Assembly (NCBI RefSeq): GCF_902713615.1
Contig: NC_052162.1
Coordinates: 19,650,182 to 19,714,181 of the forward strand
DNA: 64,000 nt
Reading direction: 5' to 3'
DNA from: Scyliorhinus canicula
Taxonomy: Eukaryota
Notes under the pieces: model-generated
Databases searched by the model: none
What the model was told of the DNA's origin: nothing
What the model saw: only the letters and a program-made list of their open reading frames with translations
Shown: positions 1-12,446 of the stretch, piece by piece
Layout of the letters: every line of letters starts with the position of its first letter
Position numbering within the stretch: the stretch's first letter is position 1
Program-made: the position numbers and the translations under genes

Positions 1-448
1 AGAATCTCCATGCTCATGGCCATGGAGCACAGGCGCTGGCCACATCCCTCTGGGACTGTACTATGTCCCTCTGGGAACGTGCCAGGTCCCGCTGTGACTG
101 GCTCAGGTCAGCCAGTGCTGGGCCAATGCTCTCAACGCCTTCAGCCATGGCCCGTTGTGATCGGGTCATACTCTGCAGCGCCACAACAATGTCCATGTGG
201 CCCTGGTACATGGCCGCCTGTGACAGGGCAGCCCTGTCCCGTGCCTTGGCCACTGCCCGCACAGAGTGCCCCAGGCCTTGGACATCCTGACCCATGGCTG
301 TGACACTCGCACCCAAAGCCTCCACTGCCAATGACTCCCATTCGGTATTGGCCTGGGTGGCAAGCGTTGTTGGCACCCCGCCCTGTCCTGCAGGCGGTTG
401 GACTCCTCCAACTGCACCTGCACGCGCTGGATAGTTGCCTTCCTGTGA

Positions 449-750
449 TAATACTCTGTATTAGTGTCACAGGTAGGTTTACATTAACACTACAATGAAG
501 TTACTGTGAAAAGCCCCTCGTCGCCACACTCCAGCGCCTGTTCAGTTACAATGAGGGAGAATTCAGAATGCCCAATCCACCTAACCTGCACATCTTTGGA
601 TTGTGGGAGGAAACCGGAGCACCCGGAGGAAACCCATCCAGACATGGGGGAGAACATGCCGACTCCGCACAGACAGTGACCTAAGCGAGGAATCGAACCT
701 GGGACCCTGGAGCTGTGAAGCAACAGTGCTAACCGCTATGCTACTGTGCC
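449..750 (-). mobile_element. V-SINE (HE1-like head and core) with Rex1-like tail
   Basis: tRNA-like head with B box GGTTCGATTCC, V core (GGGTTTCCTCCGGGTGCTCCGGTTTCCTCCCAC), tail GGGGCTTTTCACAGTAACTTCATTG...GTGACACTAA. Confidence 0.85.
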
Positions 751-1484
751 ATCCTGTAATCCCCGGCTCTTCCTCTCCATCTCCAGCATTGATGGGACCG
801 CCCTTTCCAGTAGTGCGAGTCCCACCTGGACGGTAGCTGGTCTCTGGAGTCAGGTCAGCCTCCGACTGTCCACCCCCTCGGGGGTCCCTACTTCCGCCTG
901 ATGTACCGCAGCACACGCGTGGTGCACACCAGAGAGTGTCCCAGGAGCCTCTTCACTAAAATGAGCCCCGAAGGTGAGCCTCTCTGGGATGTGGTGACGA
1001 GAGGTCGGTGTCGATCCTCGACAGGTGCTTCGGGGTGTTGCGAGTTTGCGGCTGGGGCCGGTCCCACCTCAACGGCAGGTGACCCTGCAAGACAAAAGAC
1101 AAGACGCATGGTGAGATTGAGGGTGGGTGTGGTTTGTGCAGGGGGCAGGGCTGGTGACTCATGTGCCATAGGGACATCGCAGTTCATAGCGGGCTCAATT
1201 GATTGTCTCACACTGACCTCCTGCTCTGCGACTGCCTGCCCTCCTGCCCCATCCATCACCTCCGCAAAAGACCAGAAGACCACATTGTGTAGTACAGGGG
1301 GCTGCCGGCAAGTGATGTTCGATCAACCTCGGGGGGGGGGGGGGGGGGGGGGGGGGTGGAGCCTGTGGGGTGTAGGACGGGGTGGTACCAGGGGCACGGA
1401 GGTGGTGGCTCACTGGCTGGCCTGGGGGGCTTCCCATTCTTATGTGGCACTGCCCACCCATCCGTCTGTTTGGTGGTGACTCAC

Positions 1485-1718
1485 CTGGGCCGCCCTGAAG
1501 AGTTTGTGCAGCTTCTTCCGGCACTGCTGGCTGGTCCTCATGGTGGGGCCCATGGCACTCACCATCTCTGCCACCTCCACCCAGGCCCAGTTGATCTCGG
1601 TGGGTGGCAGCCTCCTTCCCTCCCCGTGGATGAGGGTGTTCCGCCTCTCCTCCACAGCATCCAGCAGTATCTCCAACTCTGCATTTGTGAACCTCAGGGC
1701 CGCTCTCCGTGGTGCCAT
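1485..1718 (-). pseudogene. Harbinger Myb/SANT-like DNA-binding protein, exon 1 (NAIF1/MSANTD-like)
   Basis: MAPRRAALRFTNAELEILLDAVEERR...WVEVAEMVSA...RTSQQCRKKLHKL, ending at donor CAG|gtgagt (1485/1484). Downstream acceptor tcttttgtcttgcag at 1085-1100. Confidence 0.85.
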
Positions 1719-2349
1719 TATCTTGGTGGATATGAGAGTATGTGGGGAGTGGAGTGCTTAAAGCGGCTGCAACTTGTCAGTCTCTCCAGTGCCAATCCCG
1801 ATCCCAGTGAATCCGACACAGGTGCCAGTCGGAATTGCACTAGTTCCACGTGGCGTGATTGCTAGCCCAGCTTGGCTCCAGCACTGGGGCCATCGGGGAC
1901 CAGGGAACACACACCCCCATTCAGTTCCGGCATCGGCACAGTCTCTCAAACACCGAATCTGACCCAATGTTCACTGAATATGTCTGGGAGCCTTGCTTTC
2001 CTTATTATGAACATATTGTGACTGCCCCTTGCACATTTTGTACCAACACGCAGGAGCCATGTCTGTGGGATACAGACTTTTTGAACGATAAGGGGACCTT
2101 TTTGTTCAGGAAATTATGACCACTTAAGCACAGTATGATTAAAAAAAAATTGTTTTGCGGCAATAGATGAGACTTGCAGGCTGTGAGCAGGTGAAAGATA
2201 TGTGATGAGTATGGTTTATCTCAATGTCCCTCGGATGGTGTGGCCACACTAGTTTTGCACCCGAGTCAGGCGCTGGCTCCTTTAATCATACAAATTGAGG
2301 ATCCTATGAAGGACCAAATTAAGCATATTAGGATTGGGTGGTGAGTGTA

Positions 2350-3165
2350 AGGCATGAGTGAGATGAGCAAAACATGTAGATGAGTGTGAGGTTATCCATT
2401 TTGGCTGAAAAAGTAATCAGGCAAATTCTTACCTAAATGGAAAGCAGATTCAAAATGCATCTGGGCAGAGGGCTCTGGGTGTCAGGAATGGCAGAATGTC
2501 TGTACGCAGGTACAAAATGTAATAAGACCGTCAATGGAATGTTAGCATTTATTGCAAAAGAACTGGAGTATAAAAGTAGAGAAGCGTTGTTGCAATTGTA
2601 TACGGTGTTGGTGGGACCACATCTGGAGCATTGTGTCCAGTTTTGATCTCCTTATTTGAGGAAGGATGTGGCAGTTCACCAGATTAATTCCGGGGCTGAA
2701 GGACTTGATGTATGAGGAGAGACTGAACAGTTTGGGCTTATACTTGCTGGAGTTCAGAAGGATAAAAGAGGATCTGATTGAGGTATACAATATACTAAAA
2801 GGGATTGATAAAGTAAACATAGACCAAATGTTCCCCTTTCTAGGGCAATCTAGAACAAGAGGTCACAGATATAGGTTAAGAGGCGGTAGATTTAGAACTG
2901 AGATGAGGAGGAACTACTTCTCGCTGAGGGGGGTGAATTTGTGGAACTTGCTGCCCCATAGTGCGGTGGAGTCTGAATCATCAAATGGTTTCAAGAGGGA
3001 GATAGATATATTTCTGATAAAAAAAAAACAGGTTAAAGGGATATGGGGAACAGGTAGGGAGGTGGTTTTGAGACCAGGAAGAGATAAGTCATGCTCTGAT
3101 TGAATAGCAGAGCAGGCTCGAAGGGCTGAATTGGCTACTTCTGCTCATACTCCATATATTCCTAA
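2350..3165 (+). mobile_element. CR1 LINE 3' fragment
   Basis: Translations LQLYTVLVGPHLEHCVQF and YEERLNSLGLYLLEFRRIKEDLIEVY...RTRGH, followed by CR1 3' UTR. Confidence 0.9.
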
Positions 3166-3448
3166 CAAATGGTTGTTTTTATTGAGCACTTGTGCAATTG
3201 GGCTTTCTGGGTCACTTGCTCTTTATGAGTAGTGTGCTAATCTTTCCCATTTCAAACAGTCGTCAAGGACAACCAATTTCTCTCTTGTCAAGAAGCAATC
3301 CTGAAAAATGTTTGCTTCATTGTTTTACAATTATACACGATGACAAGTTCCAGAGATTATTTATGTGATCTGCTCTCACTCAGATTGATGTAAAAGTTTA
3401 AAGAAGAATAGAGAGATGTCAAGGAAATTAAAAAGGTCCAGGTACCGT

Positions 3449-3785
3449 GGGCAGCAGGGTAGCATGGTGGTTAGCATCAATGCTTCACAGCTCCAGGGTC
3501 CCATGTTCGATTCCCGGCTGGGTCACTGTCTGTGTGGAGTCTGCACGTCCTCCCCCTGTGTGCGTGGGTTTCCTCCGGGTGCTCCGGTTTCCTCCCACAG
3601 TCCAAAGATGTGCGGGTTAGGTGGATTGGCCAGGCTAAATTGCCCTTAGTGTCCTAAAAAATATAAGGTTAATGGGGGTTGTTGGGTTACGGGTATAGGG
3701 TGGATACGTGGGCTTGAGTAGGGTGATCATTGCTCGGCACAACATCGAGGGCCGAAGGGCCTGTCTGTGCTGTACTGTTCTAAAT
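3449..3785 (+). mobile_element. HE1-like V-SINE, CR1-type tail
   Basis: GGGCAGCAGGGTAGCATGGTGGTTAGC head, B box, V core, GGGCCGAAGGGCCTG...CTGTACTGTTCT tail. Confidence 0.9.
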
Positions 3786-4307
3786 TGAATAGCTGCCTGG
3801 CAATGGGAAAAGGGCATTTACAGATTTCTGGCTCAGCAAGCACAGTGTTACTGAGGTGTTTCAAAGAGGCTTTCATACAATCTGCCCGAAATCAATCTCA
3901 GAGGGCGTGATTCTCCATTGACCGATGTCGAAATCGCAAAACACGATTGGGTGGAGAATAGGTTCCGATATTCTCGACAGGCGTTGATTTGACGCCAAAT
4001 CGCAATTCTCCGTCACCTTGACAGCGGTGTCAATGCACACAGTAAATACCATTTGCACATCGTTAGTGGGCCCGACCCAGTTTTCTCCGGGTTCTCCCCG
4101 ATTCTCCGCCTCCGATGGGCCGAGTTCCCGACGGCGCAGTTCCCTTGTGCTTTTACAAATCGTGAAACCGGCGTTGTGGTCGATGAGGGAGAGAGAGAGG
4201 AAGTAGCACATGGAGAGGAGCGACTATGGGCTGCCGGGCCGGATACTGGCTGAGGTGGGAGGGGCCCTGTCAGGGCCGGGGGGAAGGGTGAGGGGCTATG
4301 GGATAAC

Positions 4308-4490
4308 AGTGCAGGTTAGGTGGATTGGCCATGATAAATTGCCCTTAGTGTCCAAAATTGCCCTTTGGGTGGGGTTACTGGTTTATGGGGATAGGGTGGA
4401 GGTGTTGACATTGGGTAGGGTGCTCTTTCCAAGATCCGGTGCAGACTCGATGGGCCGAATGGCCTCCTTCTGCACTGTAAATTCTATGAA
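4308..4490 (+). mobile_element. 5'-truncated HE1-like SINE
   Basis: End of V core plus GATGGGCCGAATGGCCTCCTTCTGCACTGTAAATTCTATG tail. Confidence 0.85.
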
Positions 4491-4843
4491 ATAGGCTGAG
4501 CAGCCAGGGTGACACCCGCATGCGACAGGGGCAGTGCCCAGGCACAGACATCCATTACCGCGGCCATCGTGCTGCACATCCCACTGACTGCTCAACGTGG
4601 CCCCTGGTTTTGCAGAGTGACACCGACTGTATGGGTGCCCACCCCCCACACCCGGGACGGGCGTCAGGGCCAGAGGCCCCTACAGTGCTGCCCACCGATG
4701 AAGCCGGAGGTGCGAGAATGGAGGTGTGGACATGTGGGGGCAGACCCACAATGCCAACTGGGGCCACCATGTAGCCCGGTGGACCCGGTTGGGCATCGGA
4801 GCAGGTGTCATGCTAACTTGCCGGCCTTTCACCCCCTGCAGAC

Positions 4844-5580
4844 AATGGATATTGGAATCCAACCAGTAATGGTGGCCTTCCTGCTGGTCGCTGCAGCTTT
4901 GTGGGATGCCCAGAAGCTGCAGCAGCGGAGCGGACAGCGGCAGTCCGTGCAGCAGCAGAACAGATGGCAGTCACCCAAGATGGAAGGCAAACAAGCCAAG
5001 GAGGGGGAGGTGCCAAGGAGGAGCCGCATGAGGCCTTGTGTGTACAGGCACCGCCTGTCATTCGAGGACCTGCCGGATCAGGTATGGCGTCAAAGACACC
5101 GACTGAGCAGGGGAACAGTGCGACATATCTGCCAGATGGTGGCACACCAGGCACTGCAGGGGTAAGGGGGAGGACACCTGCTCCCGGTGACCGTCAAGCA
5201 GGGGTCCTTCCTGGTGCCGAGTAGGGACCGGTCCGGGATCACACAGACCTAGCTGCATAGGTGCATCTATGCTGGCACGGAGGCCCTATATATCCAGGTG
5301 GATCAATACATCCATTCCAATGTGGGCCGATCCCACCAGGATGCCGGGCGGCGGGGTTCGCCGCCATTGCCGGGGTGCCCTGGGTCCCGGGGATTGACGG
5401 GGTGCATGTCCCCCTACAGGCACCTGGAGATAACAGGCTGCTGTACACAAACTGAAAGAGTTTCCACTCGATCAACGTGTAGCAGATAAGTGACCATGAG
5501 ATGCATATCATTCAGATCTGCGGCCGATACCCGGGCAGTGTGCATGACGCTTTCATCCTGGCACACTCGATGATTCATGA
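4844..5580 (+). pseudogene. HARBI1-like Harbinger DDE transposase remnant
   Basis: RPCVYRHRLSFEDLPD...RLSRGTV; GFAAIAGVP...IDGVHVP...YTN.KSFHSINV...GRYPGSVHDAFIL across frameshifts. Confidence 0.9.
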
Positions 5581-6102
5581 CCGCAGGCTGGGGGGGGGGG
5601 GGGGGGAGTGGGGATGGGCAAGTGGGTGGGGGTGGTTTAGGGGGAGGGTGGTGTGGGGTGAGGGTGGTGAGGGGGTGAGGGTGGTGTAGGGTGAGGATGG
5701 TGTGGGGGTGATGTAAGGTGAGTGTGTTGTGGGGGTGAGGGTGTTTTTTGTGAGGGGGCGGGGCGATTGACACATGTGTCATGGGGAACCGCAACTAAAC
5801 GGGGTCTCATTTCCTTGCCCGTGGCCGAACTCCACCTCGGTGACCTCCCTTTCCTCCGGATCTCCGATCACGTCCGGGACTCCTCCTGTGGCAGGGGGAA
5901 CAGACAACAGTGTTAGACAGTCCGACACATGCGGGGGGGGGGGATGTGGGTAACTGGTGGCCTCTGTGGCCAGGGCACCCAGCCATGGCACCGTGGGTGC
6001 TGCATGTGGTGCAGGGTGGGGGTTCGGCCACTCTCCAGGTGAAGGGGGGGGTTACGGATGTGTGGGAGGGGGGTTGTTGCCCAGGGTGCTGATGGCCTCT
6101 GC

Positions 6103-6137
6103 CACCTGAAGAAGGAGCTGCGCTCCGAAAGCTCGTG
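6103..6137 (+). ncRNA. Minimal hammerhead ribozyme motif (Penelope type)
   Basis: CAC-CTGAAGA-A-GGAGC(TGC)GCTCC-GAAA-GC-TC-GTG: stem I, core, stem II, palindromic AGCT helix III, UC cleavage site. Confidence 0.8.
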
Positions 6138-6225
6138 TTTGAAACAAACCTGTTGGACTTTAACCTGGTGTTGTAAGACTTCTTACTGTGCTCACCCCAG
6201 TCCAACGCCGGCAACTCCACTTCAT
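6103..6225 (+). mobile_element. Penelope-like element pLTR fragment
   Basis: Near-identical to 49954-50070, which adjoins a GIY-YIG C-terminus. Confidence 0.85.
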
Positions 6226-6458
6226 ACCTACGCCCAGGGCAGGGGTACAGGATACAGGGTCATCATCCTCTCCTCCACCGCGTCCAAGAGGGTCTCCAAT
6301 CATCATCAGTAAACCTCGGCGATGCTCTCCTCGCTGTCATCTTGTTGGCCGGGATGGTGTGTGTGGGGAGTGAAATGTGTTTATGTGGCTGCAGCTTGTC
6401 AGCCTCCTGAGCGCCAATCGCGAAACCGGTGAATCCGGCACCGATTCTCATTGGAATC

Positions 6459-8028
6459 CATAAGACCATAAAACATAGGAGCAGAATTAGGCCACTCAGC
6501 CCATCAAGTCTGCTCCGCCATTCAATCATGGCTGATATTTTTCTCATTCCCATCCTCCTGTCTTCTCCCCATAACACCTGATCCCCTTATTGATCAAGAA
6601 CCCATCTATCTCTGTCTTAAGGGCACTCAGTGATTTGGCCTCCACAGCCTTCTGCGGCAAAGAGTTCCACAGATTCACCACCCTCTGGCTGAAGAAATTC
6701 CTCCTCATCTCTATTTAAAAGTATCGTCCCTTTAATCTGAGATTGTGTCCTTTGGTTCTAGTTTTTCCGACAAATGAGAACATCCTCTCCATGTCCACTC
6801 TATTCAGGCCTCGCAGTATCCTGTAAGTTTCAATAAGATCCCCTCTCATTGTTCTAAATTCCAGCGAGTACAGACCCAGAGTCCTCGACCGCTCTTTATT
6901 CCAAGGATCATTCTTGTGAACCTCCTCTGGACCCTTTCCAAGGCCAGCACATCCTTCCTTAGATATGGGACCCAGAACTGCTCACAATACCCCAAATGGG
7001 GTCTGATCAGAGCCTTATATAGCCTCAGAAGTACATCCCTGGCCTTGTATTCTAGCCCTCTCGACATGAATCCTAACATTGAATTTGCCTTCTTAACTGC
7101 TGACGGAACATGCACTTTAACCTTAAGAGAATCATGAACAAGGACTCCCAAGTCACTTTGTGCTTCTGATTTCCTTAGCATCTTCCCTTTTAAAAAATAG
7201 TCTATGCCTCCATTTCTCCTTCCAAAGTGCATAACCTCACACTTTTCCACATTGTATTCCATCAGCCACTTCATTGCCCACTCTCTTAGCCTGTCCAAGT
7301 CCTTCTGCAGCCCTCCTGCTTCCTCAATACTACCTGTCCCTCTATAGATCTTTGTATCATCTGCAAACTTAGCAACAGTGCCTTCAGTTCCTTCCTCCAG
7401 ATCATTAATGTATATTGTGAAAAGTTGTGGTCCCCGCACAGACCCCACTGGTCACTATCTGCCATCCTGAAAAAGACCCCTTTATCCTCACTCTCTGCCT
7501 TCTGCCAGTCAGCCAATCCTCTATCCATGCCAGGATCTTACCCTTAACACCATGGACTCTTAACCTATTTAACAGTCTCCTATGCAGCACCTTGTCAAAA
7601 ACCTTCTGGAAATCTAAATAAATCATGTCCACTGGTTCTCCTTTGTCTAACTTCCTGTTACTTCCTGAAAGAACTCAAACTGATTTGTCGGACATGACTT
7701 CCCCTTGACAAAGCCGTGCTGACTCAGTCCTATTTTATCATGTACTTCTAAGTACTCCGTGATCTCATCTTTAATAATGGACTCTAAAATCTTACCAATG
7801 ACCCAAGTCAGGCTAACCAGCCTATAATTTCCCGTCTTCTGCCTCCCTCCCTTCTTAAACAGCGGTGTTACATTAGCCGCTTTCCAGCCCTCTGGGACCC
7901 TTCCTGCCTCCAGTGATTCCTGAAAGATCATCACCAATGCCTCCGCAATCTCCTCAGCTATCTCTTTTAGAACCCTGGGGTGTAGTCCACCTGGTCCAGG
8001 TGATTTATCTACCATCAGACCTTTCAGT
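6459..8028 (-). mobile_element. CR1 LINE, 5'-truncated (RT to 3' tail)
   Basis: ORFs 7647-8111, 7405-7632 (YLDFQKVFDKV) and 6846-7448 (FTIYINDL...KFADDTK); TCTTATG-type tail. Confidence 0.95.
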
Positions 8029-8881
8029 ATCACAATCGATTGTGTTCCACATGGTGCCGGTGCTAGCCCCTTAGTAGCAGAATCAGTCCAGTTTTGCTGT
8101 TGTGACATCACTCAGAAATGGAGAATTCTGCCTCAGTACTTCAATATTTACGCTTTTTTCCAGGCTTAATATTTAAAAAATCCACAGATTTATTAAAGAG
8201 CTGCCCAATACATTGGTCGCTCAGGGCAGCCTTTATATTTGCAACCCCAATGATGCATCAGCACCAATAGTTTGATCGGGTATATTTAATATTCCTGCAT
8301 TGCTGGCATTCCCAGCACTGAATCGTGAGTTCTTCATTGGCACAACGCCTGCCCTACATGAAAGGGCTTCTAGATCCATCAATAAGTAGCTGATCAATGA
8401 CTACAAACGGCACAATATGCCATCAATGATTACCTCCCTATGTGTAGTCATGGTGTGTTCAGCCTCGAAGAGTCAGAATGTAGATGCGATAAGGCATGTG
8501 GAGCAACCAGGGTTACTATAAATGCTATTGGTGTTTTCAACAACACGTCAATGCCGGGACAGATTGAGGGCACCTTGAATTACAGCAAAAGTGTCTAAAA
8601 TAATTATCTGCTGCATGCTTTGCAACTTTTCAACATTAAGAGGACATGAAGGAGGGGACGGCCAAACCACAATTAAAACCAGGCAAAACAGGTGCCAGAT
8701 ACTGATTAAGAAGATGCTGCTACAGAAACAATTCTGCAGCCAACGAAATGTTCATCCAAGAGACATTCAACTGAGTGCTTGAGCTGACCCCAGATGAAAC
8801 CAGGCTGCCCTGGTAATGAGAAATCAGCTTCCAGTATCTTCTGAGTCATTGTTTTCTATACTTTTTCCAGCAAAGGTTAAT

Positions 8882-9215
8882 GGGCGGGATTCTCCATTAG
8901 CCAACGCCAAAATCCGGAAATGCGATTGGGCGGAGAATCTGTTCCTGCGCCAAAATCCCGACTGGTGCCAATTTGGCGCCAAATCGCAATGCTCCAGCAC
9001 CTAGACAGTGGTGTCAATGCATTCTGGAACGCACGTATAGTAGATACCGTCTGCATATTAACAGGGGGCCTGACCCGGTATTCTCTGGGGCCTCCGCGAT
9101 TCTCCACCTCCACCAGGGCGAATTCCCGACGGCGAGGTTCACTTGTGCTTTTAAAAATCGGGAAGCTGGTGCCGTGGCTGTTGATGGAGAGAGAGGAGGT
9201 CGGCACAGAGAGGTG
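8882..9215 (+). mobile_element. Harbinger left terminal fragment
   Basis: TIR GGGCGGGATTCTCC and subterminal sequence similar to 3903-4230 and 53304-53610. Confidence 0.85.
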
Positions 9216-9925
9216 TGGCCGAGGGCTTCTGGTCCTGTGCAACCATATCCACTTCTGTGGCCTCATCGACCTGCTGGGTCACCTCAGTTTCTAGTGCCGG
9301 CTTGAAGGATGGAACTGGGATTGCCAGTTTCACCTCTTCTTGGCCGGCTGGAGCATCGGTGACTTGCTCCTCAAATCTGGAGATGACTATGCTTTCTGGC
9401 TCAGCTGGTCCAGGTACTGGGTGTTCTTGCTCAAACGCACAAATGTGCGACTGGTCTGTGGAGCTGCATAATGAGATAGTTGTCCTCAGTCAATGTCAGA
9501 GATGCCTATTATTGCAATCTCCACGACGCTGTAATAGCATCTTCGTCTATATTCGTCCCATTCGTCATCGGTATCATCGATGGCTTGGGAGTAAATTAAT
9601 GGAGTCATTTCAAGGACTTGTAATGGGTCACCACATACCTCCGAGGCCAGTTTTTCCAAGATTGGGACGACTACTTGCGTCTCTGGTTCAATCAATAGCT
9701 GATCTTCGGTTGCATCAGCAGCTTCAATTTCTGTGTGCGCCATCTCCAAACTCCCACTCTCTACAGAGACCAGCGCGGTCTGGGCGTCCCCCGTGATCAC
9801 ATGGTCATTGCTTGCAGACCCACGGAGCCGTGCTGCTGGAGCCTCATCTGTACTGCTGGAGAAGAGAAGTACAATCAGCTCACAGTGTTCGTCATCCGGC
9901 TCACCTTCCATGTCATCACTTTCTG

Positions 9926-10038
9926 AAAAATGAAATGAAAATCGCTTATTGTCACAAGTAGGCTTCAAATTAAGTTAATGTGAAAAGCCCCCAGTCGCCA
10001 CATTCCGGTGCCTGTTCGGGGAGGCTGGTACGGGAACC
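9926..10038 (-). mobile_element. 5'-truncated short tRNA-SINE (Rex1-like tail)
   Basis: Matches the 3' part of 13539-13713. Confidence 0.85.
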
Positions 10039-10039
10039 A

Positions 10040-10740
10040 TCACCTGCACCATCATCGACAACTTCAAGCAGATATTCATAGTAATCCTCCTCGGATTCAG
10101 CATCGTCGTCAGTCTTTTCACCTGAAAAATCTAACTTTGCATACGGAACAGAGCGGCAATTTCAAAATCATCCTTTTGATTGGCCGGCAGAGCTTGGCTT
10201 GAACTTCAGTGGGATAGTCTGAGGAAGTTGAAGAACGATTCATTTGATATGGTTCTTGTCGCTGTTTTTGGAGTGCTCCGACCCCGGTACTGTGGTTTTG
10301 TTCGAATTGTTCTTACTGTTACATTGTTGCCCTCCCTCCAGTCGATTGTGCAGCCGACGGTTTGTGGTTCAGCAAAGGACGATTTCAGCAGCCGTGAGTC
10401 TAACTTTAGTGATAACCTCATATTGTGAAATACTCATTAGGCCCAAATGTAAACTCGAGAGTGAAGCTCCACGGCTTTTTATTCTCTGTGCATTTAACAC
10501 TCACACCTCACAGATGCTGTAATACGGGTTCATCATGTTCTTGTATCGCCATTGATTCTGTGCGCGTTCTTCAAGACTGTTCACCAGAATCGTCGAATGC
10601 TCACAGGCAGTTCCGTCCCCTTGTCTGGTTTGTCGCCCTCCACTAGGATTTCTTCGAAATCCTCATACACCGTGCACACTGTAATGTCTTGCAGTGATTC
10701 ACTGAGCTCAGCTGACCAGCTATCTTCTAGATTTAGTCGC
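10040..10740 (-). pseudogene. NAP1L: Intronless NAP1-like (NAP1L1/NAP1L4 family) C-terminal histone-chaperone domain, decayed
   Basis: Colinear motifs SIRRFW*TVLKN, IQEHDEPVLQHL, PWSFTLEFTFGPNEYFT, EVITK, GCTIDWREGNNVTVRTIRTKPQYRGRSTPKTATRTISNESFFNF, DFEI, LDFSGEKTDDDAESEED match recalled NAP1L1 GIPEFWLTVFKN, VQEHDEPILKHL, PMSFVLEFHFEPNEYFT, EVLTK, IDWKKGKNVTLKTIKKKQKHKGRGTVRTVTKTVSNDSFFNF, DFEIG, LYFTGEAIEDDDDDY. Confidence 0.92.
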
Positions 10741-11184
10741 TTGACTAGATTCAGGAATTTGCCTGATTTTATCCCAAATACTGAGTCCCCATCCATGTCT
10801 ACAATGTGAAAGAGTATTGTGTGCTTCATGCCTGCCACTGAGGGAACCAGTTTGCAAACAGTGAAGGTCTCCAGAGTTTTGTGCCGCAGTCTATCATCAG
10901 CCCTGGCCAATCAGCAAAGTCTCGCTGCACGTTTAGCTTTTGCAAAGCCTGGCGACTCACGCGGTTACCTTCAACATTACCTTCGATTTGAGTACAGACG
11001 TAAAGGTTTTTGGAAATGTTCTTATCATCTTGATTCTTTGTTACTATTTTGGTTTCACCTTTGTTTCTCAGAGTTTACAGGTTTCTCGCCGCGATGAGAT
11101 CGATGAAAAGCTGTTCTTCAGTATTTATCTCATCTACTGCATGCACCGTTCGTGCACGGTCCACGGTGGAACACGCAAAACATT

Positions 11185-11817
11185 GGGTGGGATTCTCCAA
11201 TTGCCGACGCCGATATCGCATTCGGCGATTGGCTGGAGAATCCCTTTTGATGCCGAAATCAGGGGTGTCACCGTTTTTCAGGTGCTCCGCCTACTCCAAA
11301 ACGGTGTCATCGGCGAGTCCGCCGAACGCCGTTAGGACGGCCTCAGGACTTCACCTCAAGGCCCTCTCTCGATGCTCTGCCCTCGATGGGCCAACTTCCC
11401 AACGGCGTGGATCACTTGTGGTCTGACGTTTCGTCAACATCGCGTAGGGCCTGAAGACTGTGTCCAGCGCCACCACAGTTGGGGAGGAGGGGGGAGCCGT
11501 TCCCCTGGCCGGGGGGGCTTCGGTGGGGGCTGGGGGGGACTGGTAGGGATTGGTCCGGGAGTGGCAAGGGTGGGTTACAGGGGGCACGATCTGGCAGGCT
11601 GGCTCCGCATGCAACCGGCACCATGATGTCCAGCGCGTCCGCTGCAGATCGCCGCTATACGCATGCGCGGCCACAGACCCGGCAATTCTCCATCCGTATC
11701 TGCGGGCAAATACGGGGGTTTTACGTGACGTGGCTGCTCGCCCCACACTGGAGCGGCACCAACTTTTTGGTCGTAATACTAGACACATGCTCCGGATATA
11801 GCCTCAAAATCCTGCCC
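11185..11817. mobile_element. Harbinger MITE
   Basis: TIRs GGGTGGGATT...AATCCTGCCC with ATT TSD on both sides; removing it restores the gag CCHC knuckle. Confidence 0.9.
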
Positions 11818-12146
11818 ATTGTTTTGCAAAGTGCGCAACACGGCCACACCTGGAACAAACGTTTCCAAAGGCCTGACATTGCCCCAGGGCACATCGAGTG
11901 CCTCACTTTTGGCACAAGATGGCAGCGAAAGGCTCCTGTCGGCCGCTTAAAATGGCCGAGCGCACTGAGACCACATGACGTGCGTCACTGCACTAATGGC
12001 GCTATCTTTTTCTTCCATGTTGGCACCATAATCTTTTGAGCACTATGCACCTATTCTTTGTACAGCAATCTCGCTCACCTGGCAAATCTTCACTGCATTT
12101 TCCAGCACTAAATTTTCCTCCCACAAGAGTATCGCCCGAAGCTTAT

Positions 12147-12446
12147 GGGCAGCAGGGTAGCACAGTGGGTAGCACTGTGGCTTCACAGCGCCAGGGTCCC
12201 AGTTTCGATTCCCCGCTGGGTAACCGTCTGTGCGGAGTCTGCACGTTCTCCCCGTGTCTGCGTGGGTTTCCTCCGGGTGCTCCGGTTTCCTCCCACAGTC
12301 CAAAGATGTGCAGGTTAGGTGGATTGGCCATGATAAATTGCCCTTGGTGTCCAAACAGGTTAGGAGGGGTTATTGGGATGGCTTAAGGGGGCGATAAAGA
12401 CTCGATGGGCTGAATGGCCGCCTTCTGCAATGTATGTTCCATGTTC
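12147..12446 (+). mobile_element. HE1-like V-SINE
   Basis: Head, V core, CR1-type tail; CTTAT TSD. Confidence 0.9.

Larger units (their letters stand above)
1..1970 (-). mobile_element. PIF/Harbinger transposon, Myb/SANT-gene half (decayed, runs off window start)
   Basis: ORF 1440-1718 is a Myb/SANT domain. ORF 14-376 is a heptad-repeat region homologous to 31374-31853. The 5' flank 1720-1900 matches Harbinger ends at 6340-6455, 42218-42420 and 53820-54078. Confidence 0.85.
3903..8133 (+). mobile_element. Internally deleted Harbinger transposon (transposase +, Myb gene -) interrupted by SINE, Penelope and CR1 pieces
   Basis: Left TIR GGGCGTGATTCTCC, right end GGAGAATTCTGCCT. Transposase remnant 4844-5580, Myb exon remnants 5800-5900 and 6240-6340 on the minus strand. 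Confidence 0.8.

Noticed and set aside
1331-1356. Long G/C homopolymers (also near 14737, 27560, 31585)
   Set aside because: Slippage or sequencing-length artefacts inside repeats; no independent function evident
3449-3520. tRNA genes at SINE heads
   Set aside because: A/B boxes continue into SINE core and tail; no complete cloverleaf
4844-5580. Domesticated HARBI1/NAIF1 host genes
   Set aside because: Multiple decayed TIR-associated copies indicate transposons
10040-10740. Functional host NAP1L1/NAP1L4 gene
   Set aside because: Intronless, N-terminally truncated, contains stops and frameshifts, and is embedded in an LTR element
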